64,000 nt of DNA from a virus. The notes below the pieces were generated by a model, which saw only the letters and a program-made list of their open reading frames with translations, had not been told where the DNA came from and made no database searches. The DNA lies in IMG/VR virus record IMGVR_UViG_3300028920_000037, positions 32,001 to 96,000 of that record, one strand, 5' to 3'. Position numbers and translations under genes: made by a program. This document shows positions 1 through 10,018 of the stretch, one piece after another (positions within the stretch are counted from its first letter, which is position 1; every line of letters begins with the position of its first letter).

Positions 1-2931
1 GTTACTGTTGCCAAGATGACTGAATTTGAAGAGGTCTTTGGCACACTCGATCCGAAGAAGTTCGGGCCGTACGCAGTGAACGAATTCCTGAAACACAAGA
101 CTGCCCTGACCTTCCTGAGGGTCTTGGGTGCGGGTGCGAATGAATCCGAAGGTGACATCCTCGCCTATGAGACGACCGGCCGCGTGCGTAACGCAGGTCT
201 AAAGGTCGAAGGTATTTCACCGGCGATTTCAGGTTCCGATGGTCAAGATAGCAGGCACACCGGAGTCGTGCAGTTCATCTCAGCTCGGCACCAGGTGACT
301 GTAAACGAGGCATACGGAAACCCGATGTTTACCGATAACAACTCGGTGAGTGGAACAATTATCAACCTTGTTCGAGGTATGATAATCACGCCAACCGGGT
401 CGAGGGTCATGGTGCTGGGCGGCGATGAACAGGTTACTACAGCATCATTTGTTCTGTCGGCTTCGAATACAGCGCCCTATGATTATGCTGCAACAGGATC
501 CATTTTTGCGCCCGATAAGTTCAAACTTATCATTTCGTCTACGTTGGGCAATGTGTTCTACAACACAGACGGTCAGGCGGGTATCAAGATCTTTACTGCG
601 TCACTTGATCCATCATCGGACGACTACTACGCCAAGATCCTCAACACCGATCCCGATAGGCTGATAACCGATCAACATGTCCTCTACGCAGACTTCCCGG
701 TCGATGCAGAAGTGGCCGCGGCAGTTGATGTTGGAATCCTCTCTGGCACTGCAGGTACGACAGATTCTGGTGGCGAGACGACAACCTCGTTTAGAGCGCT
801 TTTCGGTGCGTTCGATACGAGGTACACGACCCCGAAGACAACGTGGTTCATTTCGCAGCCGTTCGGCAACACCGAATACGACCTATTCTACTTCGAGACG
901 CTCGACGACGGCGAGTATGCGAACAAGCTATTTAAGGTCTCAATCTCAAACATCCAGAAGTCTGTAGACGATTCGAACCCGTACGGAACCTTCAACGTTG
1001 AGATCAGGTCCTGGGAAGATACTGATACGAATCCTCGGGTCCTTGAACTCTTCCCAAACTGCTCGCTCGATCCAAAGTCAGACAATTACGTTGCGAAGGT
1101 CATCGGTGATAGGAAGATCTATTACAACTTTGATGCAACAGTAGAATCAGAACGTCGTGTTGCTACAAGTGGAAGGTATTCGAATGTTTCGAAGTACGTT
1201 CGCATTAGGATGGCAGACCAGGTCGATCGTAAGGTCATTCCTGGAGAGGCGCTTCCGTTTGGATTCCGCGGCGCGAAGGTTTTGAAGACCACTCCATACA
1301 ACAGGGACTATGATGTCACCGCCGACGAGGCGAGGGTAGCTGGCGTCCTTTCGGGTGACGGTGAGGCGCTTTCTGGTTCGATCCTACCGCCTGTACCGAT
1401 GAGGTTCAAGGTTACCCGTGGAGAGAGGCTTAATGGTGGTGGATTTGTCGGTGCGCCGAGTGTTACTGAGCTTGCGAACTCAATCTTCTATTGGGGTGTC
1501 AGGTTTGAGAGGCTGACAGATGTTCTCAATCCGAACATCATCACCGAGAAGAACGCGCTCCTTGAGAACTACACCAAGTTCCTCGGCATCGAGAAGCTTG
1601 ATGTCCTTGTGACAGGTTCTGGTGCGGACGACTTCAACCATAATAAGTTCTCGCTTTCCAAGGTTGCTCTCGCGGCTGGTACAGTTTCCGATCTTACAGC
1701 GTCTGTGAACGATCATATGAAGGAAGCAGCGTACTTCAGGAACGGCAAGCTCGACCTTACGAGATACACAGTTCTTGATAATTCAAATTCATCTGGAAGC
1801 TGGAACAGGATGACCTTTGCAACGCTGCTTACGGAAGGTACAGCCGCAGAGTTTAATAGGTACAGCCCGTACGCCAAGTTCACGAACTTCTTCCAGGGAG
1901 GATACGACGGCGTCAACTTCCTCGATCGTGATGCGCGAAGGATGAACGACAAGTCAACATCGTTCGAGGCAAACGGTGGTGCAGAAGCAACGTACACGAG
2001 CCCAGGCTATGCGACGAACATGAATGGAACGGGACAGGACAACTCGAACGTCGCATCGTACAAAGCAGCGATCAATATCATGACCGATCCAATGATCGTG
2101 AACCACAACGTGCTTGTCGTCCCAGGCATCAGGGAATCGTTCCTTACAGATTTCGCGTCCGATTCAGTGAGGGACTACGGTCTGGCATACTACGTTATGG
2201 ACATTGCGTCCTACAATGATGATGCGGCACGACTCTACGATGACGATACTTCAAGGCCGTCTGTCATCAAGACGTCAGCTCAGTTCGAGAGCCGCGTCGT
2301 TGACAACAACTTCGTGGGAACATATTGGCCAGACATCGTCATCGACGACGAGGTGAATAACCGTCGTGTTGCAGTTCCTGCTTCGATCGCAGCTGTCGGT
2401 GCCTTGGGCTTCAACGACAAGGTCAGGTACCCGTGGTTTGCGCCGGCTGGATTCAATAGGGCATCACTTGACTTCGTCAAGAATGTCAAGGTTCGCCTGA
2501 ACGTCGGTGACCGTGATACCCTCTACGATGCACGCATCAACCCGATCGCCACCTTCCCACGCCAGGGATTCGCGATCTGGGGGCAGAAGACGTTGCAGAT
2601 TAACAAGAGCGCCCTCGACCGCGTCAACGTACGTCGAATGCTGCTCGAGGTCAAGCGTATCATCATCAATATCGCTCGTCGCATCACCTTTGAGCAGAAC
2701 ACGCCAGAGGTCAGGAACAACTTTGTTGCACAGTCAACGCTGCAGCTTGGTGTGATCCAGGCACAGGCGGGAATCGAACAGTTCAAGGTCGTGATGAACG
2801 AATCGAACAACACACAGGAAGACATCGATCTGAACAGGCTCAACGGTCGCGTTGTGGTCGTGCCGACGAGGACAATCGAATTCATTGCGATTGACTTCAT
2901 TGTGACCCGCGCCGGCGTGGAGTTCGTGTGA
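1..2931 (+). CDS. Contractile tail sheath protein 1 (5' end outside window)
   Basis: The frame is open from base 1 (VTVAKMTEF..FG..D.KKFGPYAV aligns with ITVGLTDDF..FG..DGEKFGPLAV of the next paralogue). C-terminal sheath motifs PWFAPAGFNR, INPIATF, WGQKTLQ, LDRVNVRR, PTRTIEFIAIDF. Confidence 0.95.
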   Translation, partial: VTVAKMTEFEEVFGTLDPKKFGPYAVNEFLKHKTALTFLRVLGAGANESEGDILAYETTGRVRNAGLKVEGISPAISGSDGQDSRHTGVVQFISARHQVTVNEAYGNPMFTDNNSVSGTIINLVRGMIITPTGSRVMVLGGDEQVTTASFVLSASNTAPYDYAATGSIFAPDKFKLIISSTLGNVFYNTDGQAGIKIFTASLDPSSDDYYAKILNTDPDRLITDQHVLYADFPVDAEVAAAVDVGILSGTAGTTDSGGETTTSFRALFGAFDTRYTTPKTTWFISQPFGNTEYDLFYFETLDDGEYANKLFKVSISNIQKSVDDSNPYGTFNVEIRSWEDTDTNPRVLELFPNCSLDPKSDNYVAKVIGDRKIYYNFDATVESERRVATSGRYSNVSKYVRIRMADQVDRKVIPGEALPFGFRGAKVLKTTPYNRDYDVTADEARVAGVLSGDGEALSGSILPPVPMRFKVTRGERLNGGGFVGAPSVTELANSIFYWGVRFERLTDVLNPNIITEKNALLENYTKFLGIEKLDVLVTGSGADDFNHNKFSLSKVALAAGTVSDLTASVNDHMKEAAYFRNGKLDLTRYTVLDNSNSSGSWNRMTFATLLTEGTAAEFNRYSPYAKFTNFFQGGYDGVNFLDRDARRMNDKSTSFEANGGAEATYTSPGYATNMNGTGQDNSNVASYKAAINIMTDPMIVNHNVLVVPGIRESFLTDFASDSVRDYGLAYYVMDIASYNDDAARLYDDDTSRPSVIKTSAQFESRVVDNNFVGTYWPDIVIDDEVNNRRVAVPASIAAVGALGFNDKVRYPWFAPAGFNRASLDFVKNVKVRLNVGDRDTLYDARINPIATFPRQGFAIWGQKTLQINKSALDRVNVRRMLLEVKRIIINIARRITFEQNTPEVRNNFVAQSTLQLGVIQAQAGIEQFKVVMNESNNTQEDIDLNRLNGRVVVVPTRTIEFIAIDFIVTRAGVEFV

Positions 2932-3128
2932 TAATGTTCTACGTTTATGTTGACTATCGTGAGGATTCAGGCGAGCCCTTTTATGTTGGAAAATGTAAGA
3001 GAGCTCGCGTTGACGACTATGTTCGACGTAATCGTAAGTGGCATAATATTGCTGATTTTGCGGTACGTGGTTCAAAATCAAAATTTTTGTTTGAATGGGC
3101 AAAACGGCTTGGGGTTACTGGCGAATGA
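2928..3128 (+). pseudogene. GIY-YIG endonuclease remnant
   Basis: FYVYVDYR...PFYVGK...R (GIY-YIG N-terminal motif). Only 66 aa, AT-rich, and sits between the two sheath genes. Confidence 0.65.
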
Positions 3129-3197
3129 CATGGAAGCACGTGCCATGACGTCTAAAAGGTTGATGGCACAATATCTAGTAGATAATCGGAGGCAATT

Positions 3198-6100
3198 TTG
3201 GCACAACTGAGATTCGGAAGCGCGGGCGTAACTGCAAGGGAAATCGATCTCTCAGCGCCGGTGAAGAGGTCACCGGTCGGAGTGCCCGCAGGTGTCATCG
3301 GAACGACAACGCGGGGCCCAGCATTCGTACCCATCACCGTCGGCCTGACGGACGACTTCTTTGCCAAGTTTGGTGCTACCGACGGTGAGAAGTTCGGCCC
3401 GCTTGCGGTCGTCGAGTGGTTGAGGAACGCCGGAGCGGTGACGTACATTCGCGTCATGGGAGTCGGCGATGGTCGCAAGAGGGTTACCGATGGTGTCCTC
3501 GCAGGTTCAGTCACGAACGCAGGGTTCGTCGTTGGTGAAGAGGAACCGAGGGAGACCGACGGCGCGCTTTCACCGAACCCGTACGCAAACGCAGGTGGAT
3601 CATCAGGAAGGACCTACTTCCTTGGTTGCCTCATGAGTGAGTCGGCCGGTTCGACGGTGTTCAGCTACGCCGGTCTGCATGATTCTGGCAACGATCCCAA
3701 CGCGCTTCCAATCGTTCGAGGCGTCCTGATGACGCCTTCGGGGGTCATCGCCAAGCTCGAGTCTTCCGGCACGATCGGAGCGTCAGCTCCGAATGCAGAC
3801 CTAATCGCCTCTGAGACGACGGCCACCGGTTCGGTCACGGGTTCTGTCACTCTGATGGAAGGCAACACTGCGAAGCAGGAGTTCGTTGTCCTGCTGAACG
3901 GACACAAGGGTACGGACACGCTGTATCCGAACGTTCTGACGGCGTCGTTCGATATGACGGCTCCGAACTATTTCGCGAACGTGTTCAACACGGATCCATA
4001 CAACTTCCAGAAGGCGGGTCACTGCCTCTACACCTACTGGGACGTTCACAGCGCCACAGCAACGGTGACGGGTTCGGGTATCTCGGTTTCTGGATCGTCT
4101 GCAGTTGCCGAGCTTGCGTTCTTGGCGAATGGTGCGCTTGACAGAAATGTCGGCAACTCTGAGGTTCCGAACTACGAAAACTTCGAAGATAGGTTCTCAT
4201 ACGCCAAGACGCCTTGGCTGGTCTCGCAGCGCTTTGGTGGAACGAGGTACAACCTCTTTAGGCTCCACGCATTGGATGCTGGTGCGGATATTTCGTCAGT
4301 CTACAAGTTCTCGATTGAAAACCTTGTAAACTCGACAGACCCGAATAACAAGTACGGTTCATTCGACCTTGTCATCCGAGATTGGAATGACAGGGATACA
4401 GACCAGATTCCAGTCGAGGCATGGAGAGGTCTCACGCTCGATCCGAACTCTGATCGATACATTGCAAGGGTTGTCGGTGACGCGTTCGGGTTCTTCGACT
4501 TCGACAGGACTGAGTCAGAGCAGAAGCTCGTTGTTGAGGGACAGTACGAGAACCAGTCGAACATCGTCAGGGTCGAGGTCGCAACATCAGTTGAGAACGA
4601 AGCAGTCGATCCGACAGCCCTTCCAATCGGCGTCCGTGGTCCTTACCACCTTGTGACATCAGGTTCCGCACCACTCGCAACAGGATCCGCTGACAACAGC
4701 TGGATCAAGAACGCTGTCACTCCACCTATCCCGTTCAGGTCAGACATCACTCAGGGTTCGGGAGCAAAGCAGTCTGTACAGGCCCAGTACTACTGGGGCT
4801 ATCAGTTCGAGCATGTCACCAGCCTCACTACTCCGAATGCATCGACGTTGAAGAACAAGTCGATGAAGGCTCACGTGAAGTTCTTCCCGAGCTTTATGAC
4901 GAACACGATGAACTTCGTGGTCGGTGATAACGAGGGCACAGTCGATACGGCAGCGAACGGAATCGTCGACGCTGATAGATTCAACAGGGGACTGTTCACG
5001 CTCGAAAACCTCCAGGTCGTCACGAGCTCTGCGGGTACTGCTGACCCGAACGCTTGGGCATCGGCAGTCTACGTCAGGGATGGTAACATCACTGCAGACG
5101 ATTCAGCAAAGACACGAAGGCTTCAGACGTCAGATTTTACTCAGCCGAATAGGCGCTTCCTGAAGTTCAACTTCTTCATGCAGGGTGGCTTCGACGGAAC
5201 GAACATCTTTGACAGAGACGAGGCTGCGTTGACAAACAACGCAGTCCGTGCCGATATCGACGATGTTGGTCGAGGCCAGAACAACGGTCCGAACGTCAGG
5301 GCGTTCGTCAAGGCGATCGACATCATGAGCAACGTTGTTGCGACAGACATCCAGCTGCTTGCGATCCCAGGCATCCGTACCCCGCTTGTCACCAACTACG
5401 CTGTCGAGCAGACGGAGGCTCGCTTCGATGCCATGTACATCATGGACATCGAGGAGATGGACACCCAGAACAACCGCGTCAGGTCAGGTTCACAGCCAGT
5501 GTCGGTGTCGTACACCTCGACGGACTTTGCATCACGTGCGATGGACAATAGCTTCGGTGCAGCGTACTTCCCAGACGTCCTCTTGACCGATCCGATGACA
5601 GAGACAAACCTCTTCGTCCCACCTTCGGTCGTCGTCTTGGGTGCGATGGCTCTGAACGATGCGGTTGGACACCCATGGTTCGCTCCAGCAGGTTTCACAC
5701 GTGGTGCGCTTCCGACGGCACTCGAGACGAGAGTGCAGCTCAGCAAGGACAACATGGACGCGTTGTACGACGTGAACATCAACCCGCTAACGAGCTTTCC
5801 GGGCAACGCACAGTCGGGTACAAACCCAAAGGGTGGTGTCATCGTCTGGGGACAGCGTACCCTGCAACAGGCGGCATCTGCACTCGATCGTGTCAACGTG
5901 CGTCGCCTCCTGATCGACATCAGGCGCCAGGTCAGACTGATCGCTAATACGATCGTCTTTGAACCGAATCGAGAGGCGACGCTTGCGAAATTCTCTGCCG
6001 CGGTCACTCCGCGCCTGCAGAGAGTCCAGGCGCTCTCTGGGCTCGAGAGGTTCAGGGTCGTGATCGATTCAAGCACAACGACCCAGCAGGATATTGAACA

Positions 6101-6200
6101 GAATACAATTCGGGGCAAGATTTTTGTCCAACCTACGAAAACGGTTGAGTTTGTATCGCTGGACTTCGTGGTGGCAAATAATATTCAACAGGTTCAGTAA
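3198..6200 (+). CDS. Contractile tail sheath protein 2
   Basis: TTG start after GGAGG. N-terminal SAGVTAREIDLS and GPAFVP; C-terminal PWFAPAGFTRG, WGQRTLQ, LDRVNVRRLL, PTKTVEFVSLDF. Confidence 0.95.
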   Translation: MAQLRFGSAGVTAREIDLSAPVKRSPVGVPAGVIGTTTRGPAFVPITVGLTDDFFAKFGATDGEKFGPLAVVEWLRNAGAVTYIRVMGVGDGRKRVTDGVLAGSVTNAGFVVGEEEPRETDGALSPNPYANAGGSSGRTYFLGCLMSESAGSTVFSYAGLHDSGNDPNALPIVRGVLMTPSGVIAKLESSGTIGASAPNADLIASETTATGSVTGSVTLMEGNTAKQEFVVLLNGHKGTDTLYPNVLTASFDMTAPNYFANVFNTDPYNFQKAGHCLYTYWDVHSATATVTGSGISVSGSSAVAELAFLANGALDRNVGNSEVPNYENFEDRFSYAKTPWLVSQRFGGTRYNLFRLHALDAGADISSVYKFSIENLVNSTDPNNKYGSFDLVIRDWNDRDTDQIPVEAWRGLTLDPNSDRYIARVVGDAFGFFDFDRTESEQKLVVEGQYENQSNIVRVEVATSVENEAVDPTALPIGVRGPYHLVTSGSAPLATGSADNSWIKNAVTPPIPFRSDITQGSGAKQSVQAQYYWGYQFEHVTSLTTPNASTLKNKSMKAHVKFFPSFMTNTMNFVVGDNEGTVDTAANGIVDADRFNRGLFTLENLQVVTSSAGTADPNAWASAVYVRDGNITADDSAKTRRLQTSDFTQPNRRFLKFNFFMQGGFDGTNIFDRDEAALTNNAVRADIDDVGRGQNNGPNVRAFVKAIDIMSNVVATDIQLLAIPGIRTPLVTNYAVEQTEARFDAMYIMDIEEMDTQNNRVRSGSQPVSVSYTSTDFASRAMDNSFGAAYFPDVLLTDPMTETNLFVPPSVVVLGAMALNDAVGHPWFAPAGFTRGALPTALETRVQLSKDNMDALYDVNINPLTSFPGNAQSGTNPKGGVIVWGQRTLQQAASALDRVNVRRLLIDIRRQVRLIANTIVFEPNREATLAKFSAAVTPRLQRVQALSGLERFRVVIDSSTTTQQDIEQNTIRGKIFVQPTKTVEFVSLDFVVANNIQQVQ

Positions 6201-6222
6201 AGCAAACATTCTAAAATTGTTG

Positions 6223-6258
6223 GAAGGCGATGATTATGTCATCGCCTTCTTGTATTTT
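6223..6258 (+). terminator. Intrinsic terminator after sheath 2
   Basis: GAAGGCGATGA-ttatg-TCATCGCCTTC, an 11-bp stem followed by TTGTATTTT. Confidence 0.8.
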
Positions 6259-6272
6259 AATATTATTGTGTT

Positions 6273-7199
6273 ATGTACGGTATCATTTATGTCATAACAA
6301 ATAACGTAAACGATAAAAAGTATGTTGGATTAACAACAAAAACGATTGAAGCTCGTTTCAAACAACACCAGCGAACTGCAAACAGAGGTAGCAAATATCC
6401 AATTCATTGTGCAATTCGCAAATATGGCATTGAAAATTTCACGTATGATGTCATACAAGAGTGCAGTACGTTTGATGAACTTAACGCAGCAGAAATCGAT
6501 TGGATAGCAAAGCTTTGCACAATCGAACAAGGTTATAACATCTGTGAAGGCGGAAGAGGTGTTCGAGGTACAGGAATTTGGGTCCATTCTGAAGATGCAA
6601 AAAGAAAAATTTCGATCGGAAATTCTGGAAAGGTACGTTCCCAAGAGACAAAGAAGAAGATCTCAGAATCAGTGAAACGAATAATGACAAAAGATCATAG
6701 GTTGAAGTGTACCTTAGGGTTGAGAACTCCAGAAGCGAGAAAAAAAATTGAAGAGAACAACTACGCCAAGCGAAGAAAGCCTGTGTACAGGTATAGTACG
6801 TTCGGTACTTACCTTGGTAGCTTTACGTGTTGTAGGGATGCAGGTAAAAGGTGTGAGGCAAATGCATCAAATATTCTTCAATGTTGTCATGGTAGAATTC
6901 CAACGGTACACGATAGTTTTTGGTCATTTGTTCCTTTAGATGACAACGATATAAAAAGACGTCAAGTATTTCTTGTTAAGTACAGGAAGCGCTGCGCAGT
7001 TGCTGCAATAAAGGATGATGTGGTCGTTGGCATCTTTACGTCTGCTAAGATTACTGCACGTTTTGGATTTTCACCACAGCAGGTAAAAAGGTCAATCAAG
7101 GGTTCCTGTAGGGATCATAAAGGCTACACGTGGAAGAAGGTCGCTAAATTAAGCGATAATGAACAGTTACAACTATTAGACGCAGTTTTTTGTGATTGA
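6273..7199 (+). CDS. GIY-YIG homing endonuclease with NUMOD3/NUMOD1-like DNA-binding modules
   Basis: GIIYVITN...KKYVGLT...RF..H, catalytic E (AAEIDWI), GYNICEGG; HSEDAKRKIS and SQETKKKIS repeats; AT-rich. Confidence 0.9.
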   Translation: MYGIIYVITNNVNDKKYVGLTTKTIEARFKQHQRTANRGSKYPIHCAIRKYGIENFTYDVIQECSTFDELNAAEIDWIAKLCTIEQGYNICEGGRGVRGTGIWVHSEDAKRKISIGNSGKVRSQETKKKISESVKRIMTKDHRLKCTLGLRTPEARKKIEENNYAKRRKPVYRYSTFGTYLGSFTCCRDAGKRCEANASNILQCCHGRIPTVHDSFWSFVPLDDNDIKRRQVFLVKYRKRCAVAAIKDDVVVGIFTSAKITARFGFSPQQVKRSIKGSCRDHKGYTWKKVAKLSDNEQLQLLDAVFCD

Positions 7200-7266
7200 C
7201 GTTGCCCACAACCACAAAGAGACTTACAAAATCATCAAGCGGATTTGCGTGGTGATATATTGTCGA

Positions 7267-7273
7267 ATAGTTA
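7267..7273 (+). promoter_or_regulatory. Putative late promoter ATAGTTA
   Basis: Instance of a recurrent NTA(G/T/C)TTA heptamer found upstream of structural or virion-like genes. Confidence 0.55.
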
Positions 7274-7313
7274 ACCTAGCAGGTCCAGTGATCGGCAACG
7301 AGGAAACTGACAC

Positions 7314-7670
7314 ATGAAGAAAGTCGTGAAGCTTGATGCAAAGCAGCTCGGGGCGTTGGTCACGGGTATCGTCAAAGAGGAACGCCAGAAGATCGCGTCG
7401 GTAAAGGGCGGCGTGATCCGGATGACAGAGGCCAACCTCCGTAGGATCGTCCGTGAGGAACTGACCGAGATGCTCGGTACGCAGCCTCATGGTGTTGAAT
7501 TCAAGTCGGGTCAAGGTCAGAAGGGTCCGCTTGCGGGTGCAATGGATGACGCAAAGGTCGATCAACTCGCAAGCAAGCTCTCTGGGTTTGACCTCTCAGA
7601 CGAGGAGATCGACGCGCTCGTCAGCAAGCTCAAGGCAGAGGCGAGGAAGCGTCGCGGTCGACGCATCTAA
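7314..7670 (+). CDS. Small putative virion/internal head protein
   Basis: SD GAGG; two LxxxVxEE helices (QLGALVTGIVKEE, NLRRIVREEL); late motif upstream. Confidence 0.55.
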   Translation: MKKVVKLDAKQLGALVTGIVKEERQKIASVKGGVIRMTEANLRRIVREELTEMLGTQPHGVEFKSGQGQKGPLAGAMDDAKVDQLASKLSGFDLSDEEIDALVSKLKAEARKRRGRRI

Positions 7671-9334
7671 ACAGCAAGTGAATAGACGAGGTTTGAACAT
7701 CCCCAGATCTTAACAACACCTGCCTGTTCGGCTACCTGGGCCTCTGTGAGGCCCAGAGATTTATTTGCTCGGTACTTGAACCGGTCATATCGGTTAGTAA
7801 AATCAGTCCACCAGAAGCGAGGTGATGTACTCGAGACGTACTTGAATCCTGCTTGTTCGTAGCTTCTGTTCGTGCCACTAAGACGAGTATCAACGTACGT
7901 AATGATGTTAGACATTGCATTTTCACGCGCATAGCCAATCGCAACGCGTACAAGCCTGCTGAGTCCACCTGGTACAGATACAAACGTTTTTGTTGCTGAC
8001 CTTGCTATCTCCAACATACCAGCGTATTTTTTGTGAACAGGTTGCCTAAGAGAGATTGCACAGACAATTTGATCGTTGTATTTTAGGCCCCATGCAATCC
8101 TACACGCGACGTCACCATCAAGGTGATTTTCATTGAAGAATTTCTTTCTTTCGGCGCGAGGAAGTCTGACGACTGTACACTTCCTCGCGCCGATCTTCGT
8201 AGGGGTCTTGCCAAGGCGGTGCATGATTGTGCTTTCAACGATGCGCCTGTTGTTCATCCAATCATCTTGGAATACATGAAGCAAACGAATGTTTTTATCG
8301 ACACAGCTTTGCGTCTTGTTTGCGTGATAGATCTTGCTTTTAAACAATATCGAATGCCAGTAAAGTCCGTTGTATTCGATTGCAAACCCGTGCGAGGGAA
8401 CAAAAATATCGAGCTCTAGCTTGCCTGCGAACGTCTTTCTATCGTTTGTTATGACGTTCTGGCCGCCCACGACGCTTCGAACAAACTGGTCGATCTGGCC
8501 CTGGGTCGCGCTTCCGGCAGGAGTACAGTTCCAACACCTTCCATATTGGAGCTGTCGGAGCGATGATGTAAAGTTGGTTCCACAGGTCTTGCACTTGACC
8601 TCGATCACGCGAGATGCGTCATTGACGTATTCATCTAGGCCACCGACGACTTCGAGCGTATCATGGACCTCGATCCTACCGACGATCTCATCGTGTTGGA
8701 GGCGCTTGATACCATCAAGGTACTCTCTAAGGGACTTCTCATTTAGCTTCAACGAGACCCTTGCGGCCATGTCTGCAACACGTTCGTCTGTGTCCTTTGT
8801 AAGCCCCCTGGTCCAAGGGGCGCATTCTCCAGTCGTGTACTTCTGTTTCAACGTGTCAGCTGCTTCTGCAACGCGTTCGTCTGTCTCTTTTGTCAGGCCT
8901 TTGGACCAACACGTTAGCCTGCCTTCATCAAAGGCTGCCTTTCTTCCGATTGATGTTGCCTTGGCTCGAGATGCAACACGTTCGTCTGTCTCCTTAGTCA
9001 GGCCCTTTGCCCAACCTGTCCTACCGGTCAGGCTCGCCGAACGTTTTTGGGCGATCTTTTTGGCTTCTTCTTCTGAATATACGTCGTAGATTCGAGCGTT
9101 GTGTCCCTTAAGCAATCGAGCATATCCATGCCTCCAGTTCAACCATGCAGTCTGCGATCCACAACCACAGGCACACATGTTCGTCCTTGTGTCATCGAGC
9201 CTCAACCATTCGTCCTGTGGTACGATGCCGTGAACGTCTATGAGATGTTTTTCGAAGAATGTAATTCTCTTGGTTGAGAATCCACAGATGTGGCACTTCA
9301 CCGGTTCAAGAGACCTTCCTTTAACAGCACCCAT
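7667..9334 (-). CDS. Hef-like homing endonuclease: C2H2/CxCGCG zinc modules, W.xGLTKxTDERVA x3, PD-(D/E)xK-type nuclease, C-terminal GNAT-like domain
   Basis: CHIC..H...H, CACGCG, three GLTKxTDERVA repeats, ELDIFVP..FAIEYNGLYWH, NHLDG, EIAR, TYVDTR...YEQAGF. Confidence 0.8.
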   Translation of the reverse strand: MGAVKGRSLEPVKCHICGFSTKRITFFEKHLIDVHGIVPQDEWLRLDDTRTNMCACGCGSQTAWLNWRHGYARLLKGHNARIYDVYSEEEAKKIAQKRSASLTGRTGWAKGLTKETDERVASRAKATSIGRKAAFDEGRLTCWSKGLTKETDERVAEAADTLKQKYTTGECAPWTRGLTKDTDERVADMAARVSLKLNEKSLREYLDGIKRLQHDEIVGRIEVHDTLEVVGGLDEYVNDASRVIEVKCKTCGTNFTSSLRQLQYGRCWNCTPAGSATQGQIDQFVRSVVGGQNVITNDRKTFAGKLELDIFVPSHGFAIEYNGLYWHSILFKSKIYHANKTQSCVDKNIRLLHVFQDDWMNNRRIVESTIMHRLGKTPTKIGARKCTVVRLPRAERKKFFNENHLDGDVACRIAWGLKYNDQIVCAISLRQPVHKKYAGMLEIARSATKTFVSVPGGLSRLVRVAIGYARENAMSNIITYVDTRLSGTNRSYEQAGFKYVSSTSPRFWWTDFTNRYDRFKYRANKSLGLTEAQVAEQAGVVKIWGCSNLVYSLAV

Positions 9335-9408
9335 CGATTCTTACCTTTCGATTTGAATTAACATCTACTACAATTTTGTGTAGTGTTTAGTACATTTTTT
9401 TGTGTACA

Positions 9409-9415
9409 CTATTTA
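9409..9415 (+). promoter_or_regulatory. Putative late promoter CTATTTA for tail tube
   Basis: Recurrent motif 43 nt before the tube ATG; SD GGAG follows. Confidence 0.55.
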
Positions 9416-9458
9416 CTACTATCGCAGGTGACGTTGCTCTGCGGTTTGGAGAATAACA

Positions 9459-9950
9459 ATGCCAGCAGAGACACTTGATGTAACATCGATGCTCCCTAAC
9501 AAATTCGAGCCAAAGCGAAAAAACCGATGGGTTTTGATGGTCGAAGGTATTGACGCATACATCTGCAAGACCACTGCGCGCCCGACCTACGAGACCGAGG
9601 AGATCGAAGTCCCGTTTGTTAACTCGCGTAGGTACCTCGCAGGGCCAACCAAGTTTGCAACGATGACCGTGACGCTTCACGATCCAATCGCGCCTTCAGG
9701 CGCTCAGCAGGTCATGGAATGGATCAGGCTTCACTTTGAGTCGGTTTCAGGCCGTGCTGGCTATGCTGACTTCTACAAGAGGGACATCCAACTGAAGGTT
9801 CTGGATCCGATCGGTACTGTTGTGGAACTTTGGGATATCAAAGGCGCATTCATCACAAACGCGACATTCGGAGAACTGACGTACGAGGACGGAACTCTCA
9901 CGGAAATCTCACTTACGCTCAGGTACGATAACGCGGTTTTGCAATTTTAA
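9459..9950 (+). CDS. Tail tube protein (T4 gp19-like)
   Basis: 163 aa; FEPKRKNRW, RPT..TEEIEVPF, LHDPIAPSGAQQVMEW, YKRDIQLKVLDP.G..VE.W..KGAF; located after the sheaths. Confidence 0.9.
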   Translation: MPAETLDVTSMLPNKFEPKRKNRWVLMVEGIDAYICKTTARPTYETEEIEVPFVNSRRYLAGPTKFATMTVTLHDPIAPSGAQQVMEWIRLHFESVSGRAGYADFYKRDIQLKVLDPIGTVVELWDIKGAFITNATFGELTYEDGTLTEISLTLRYDNAVLQF

Positions 9951-10018
9951 TGAGAGTATAATTCTTATCAAAACCATACGTCAGTATATTTTCTGGTCCA
10001 TTGTGGTTATTTTACTGC

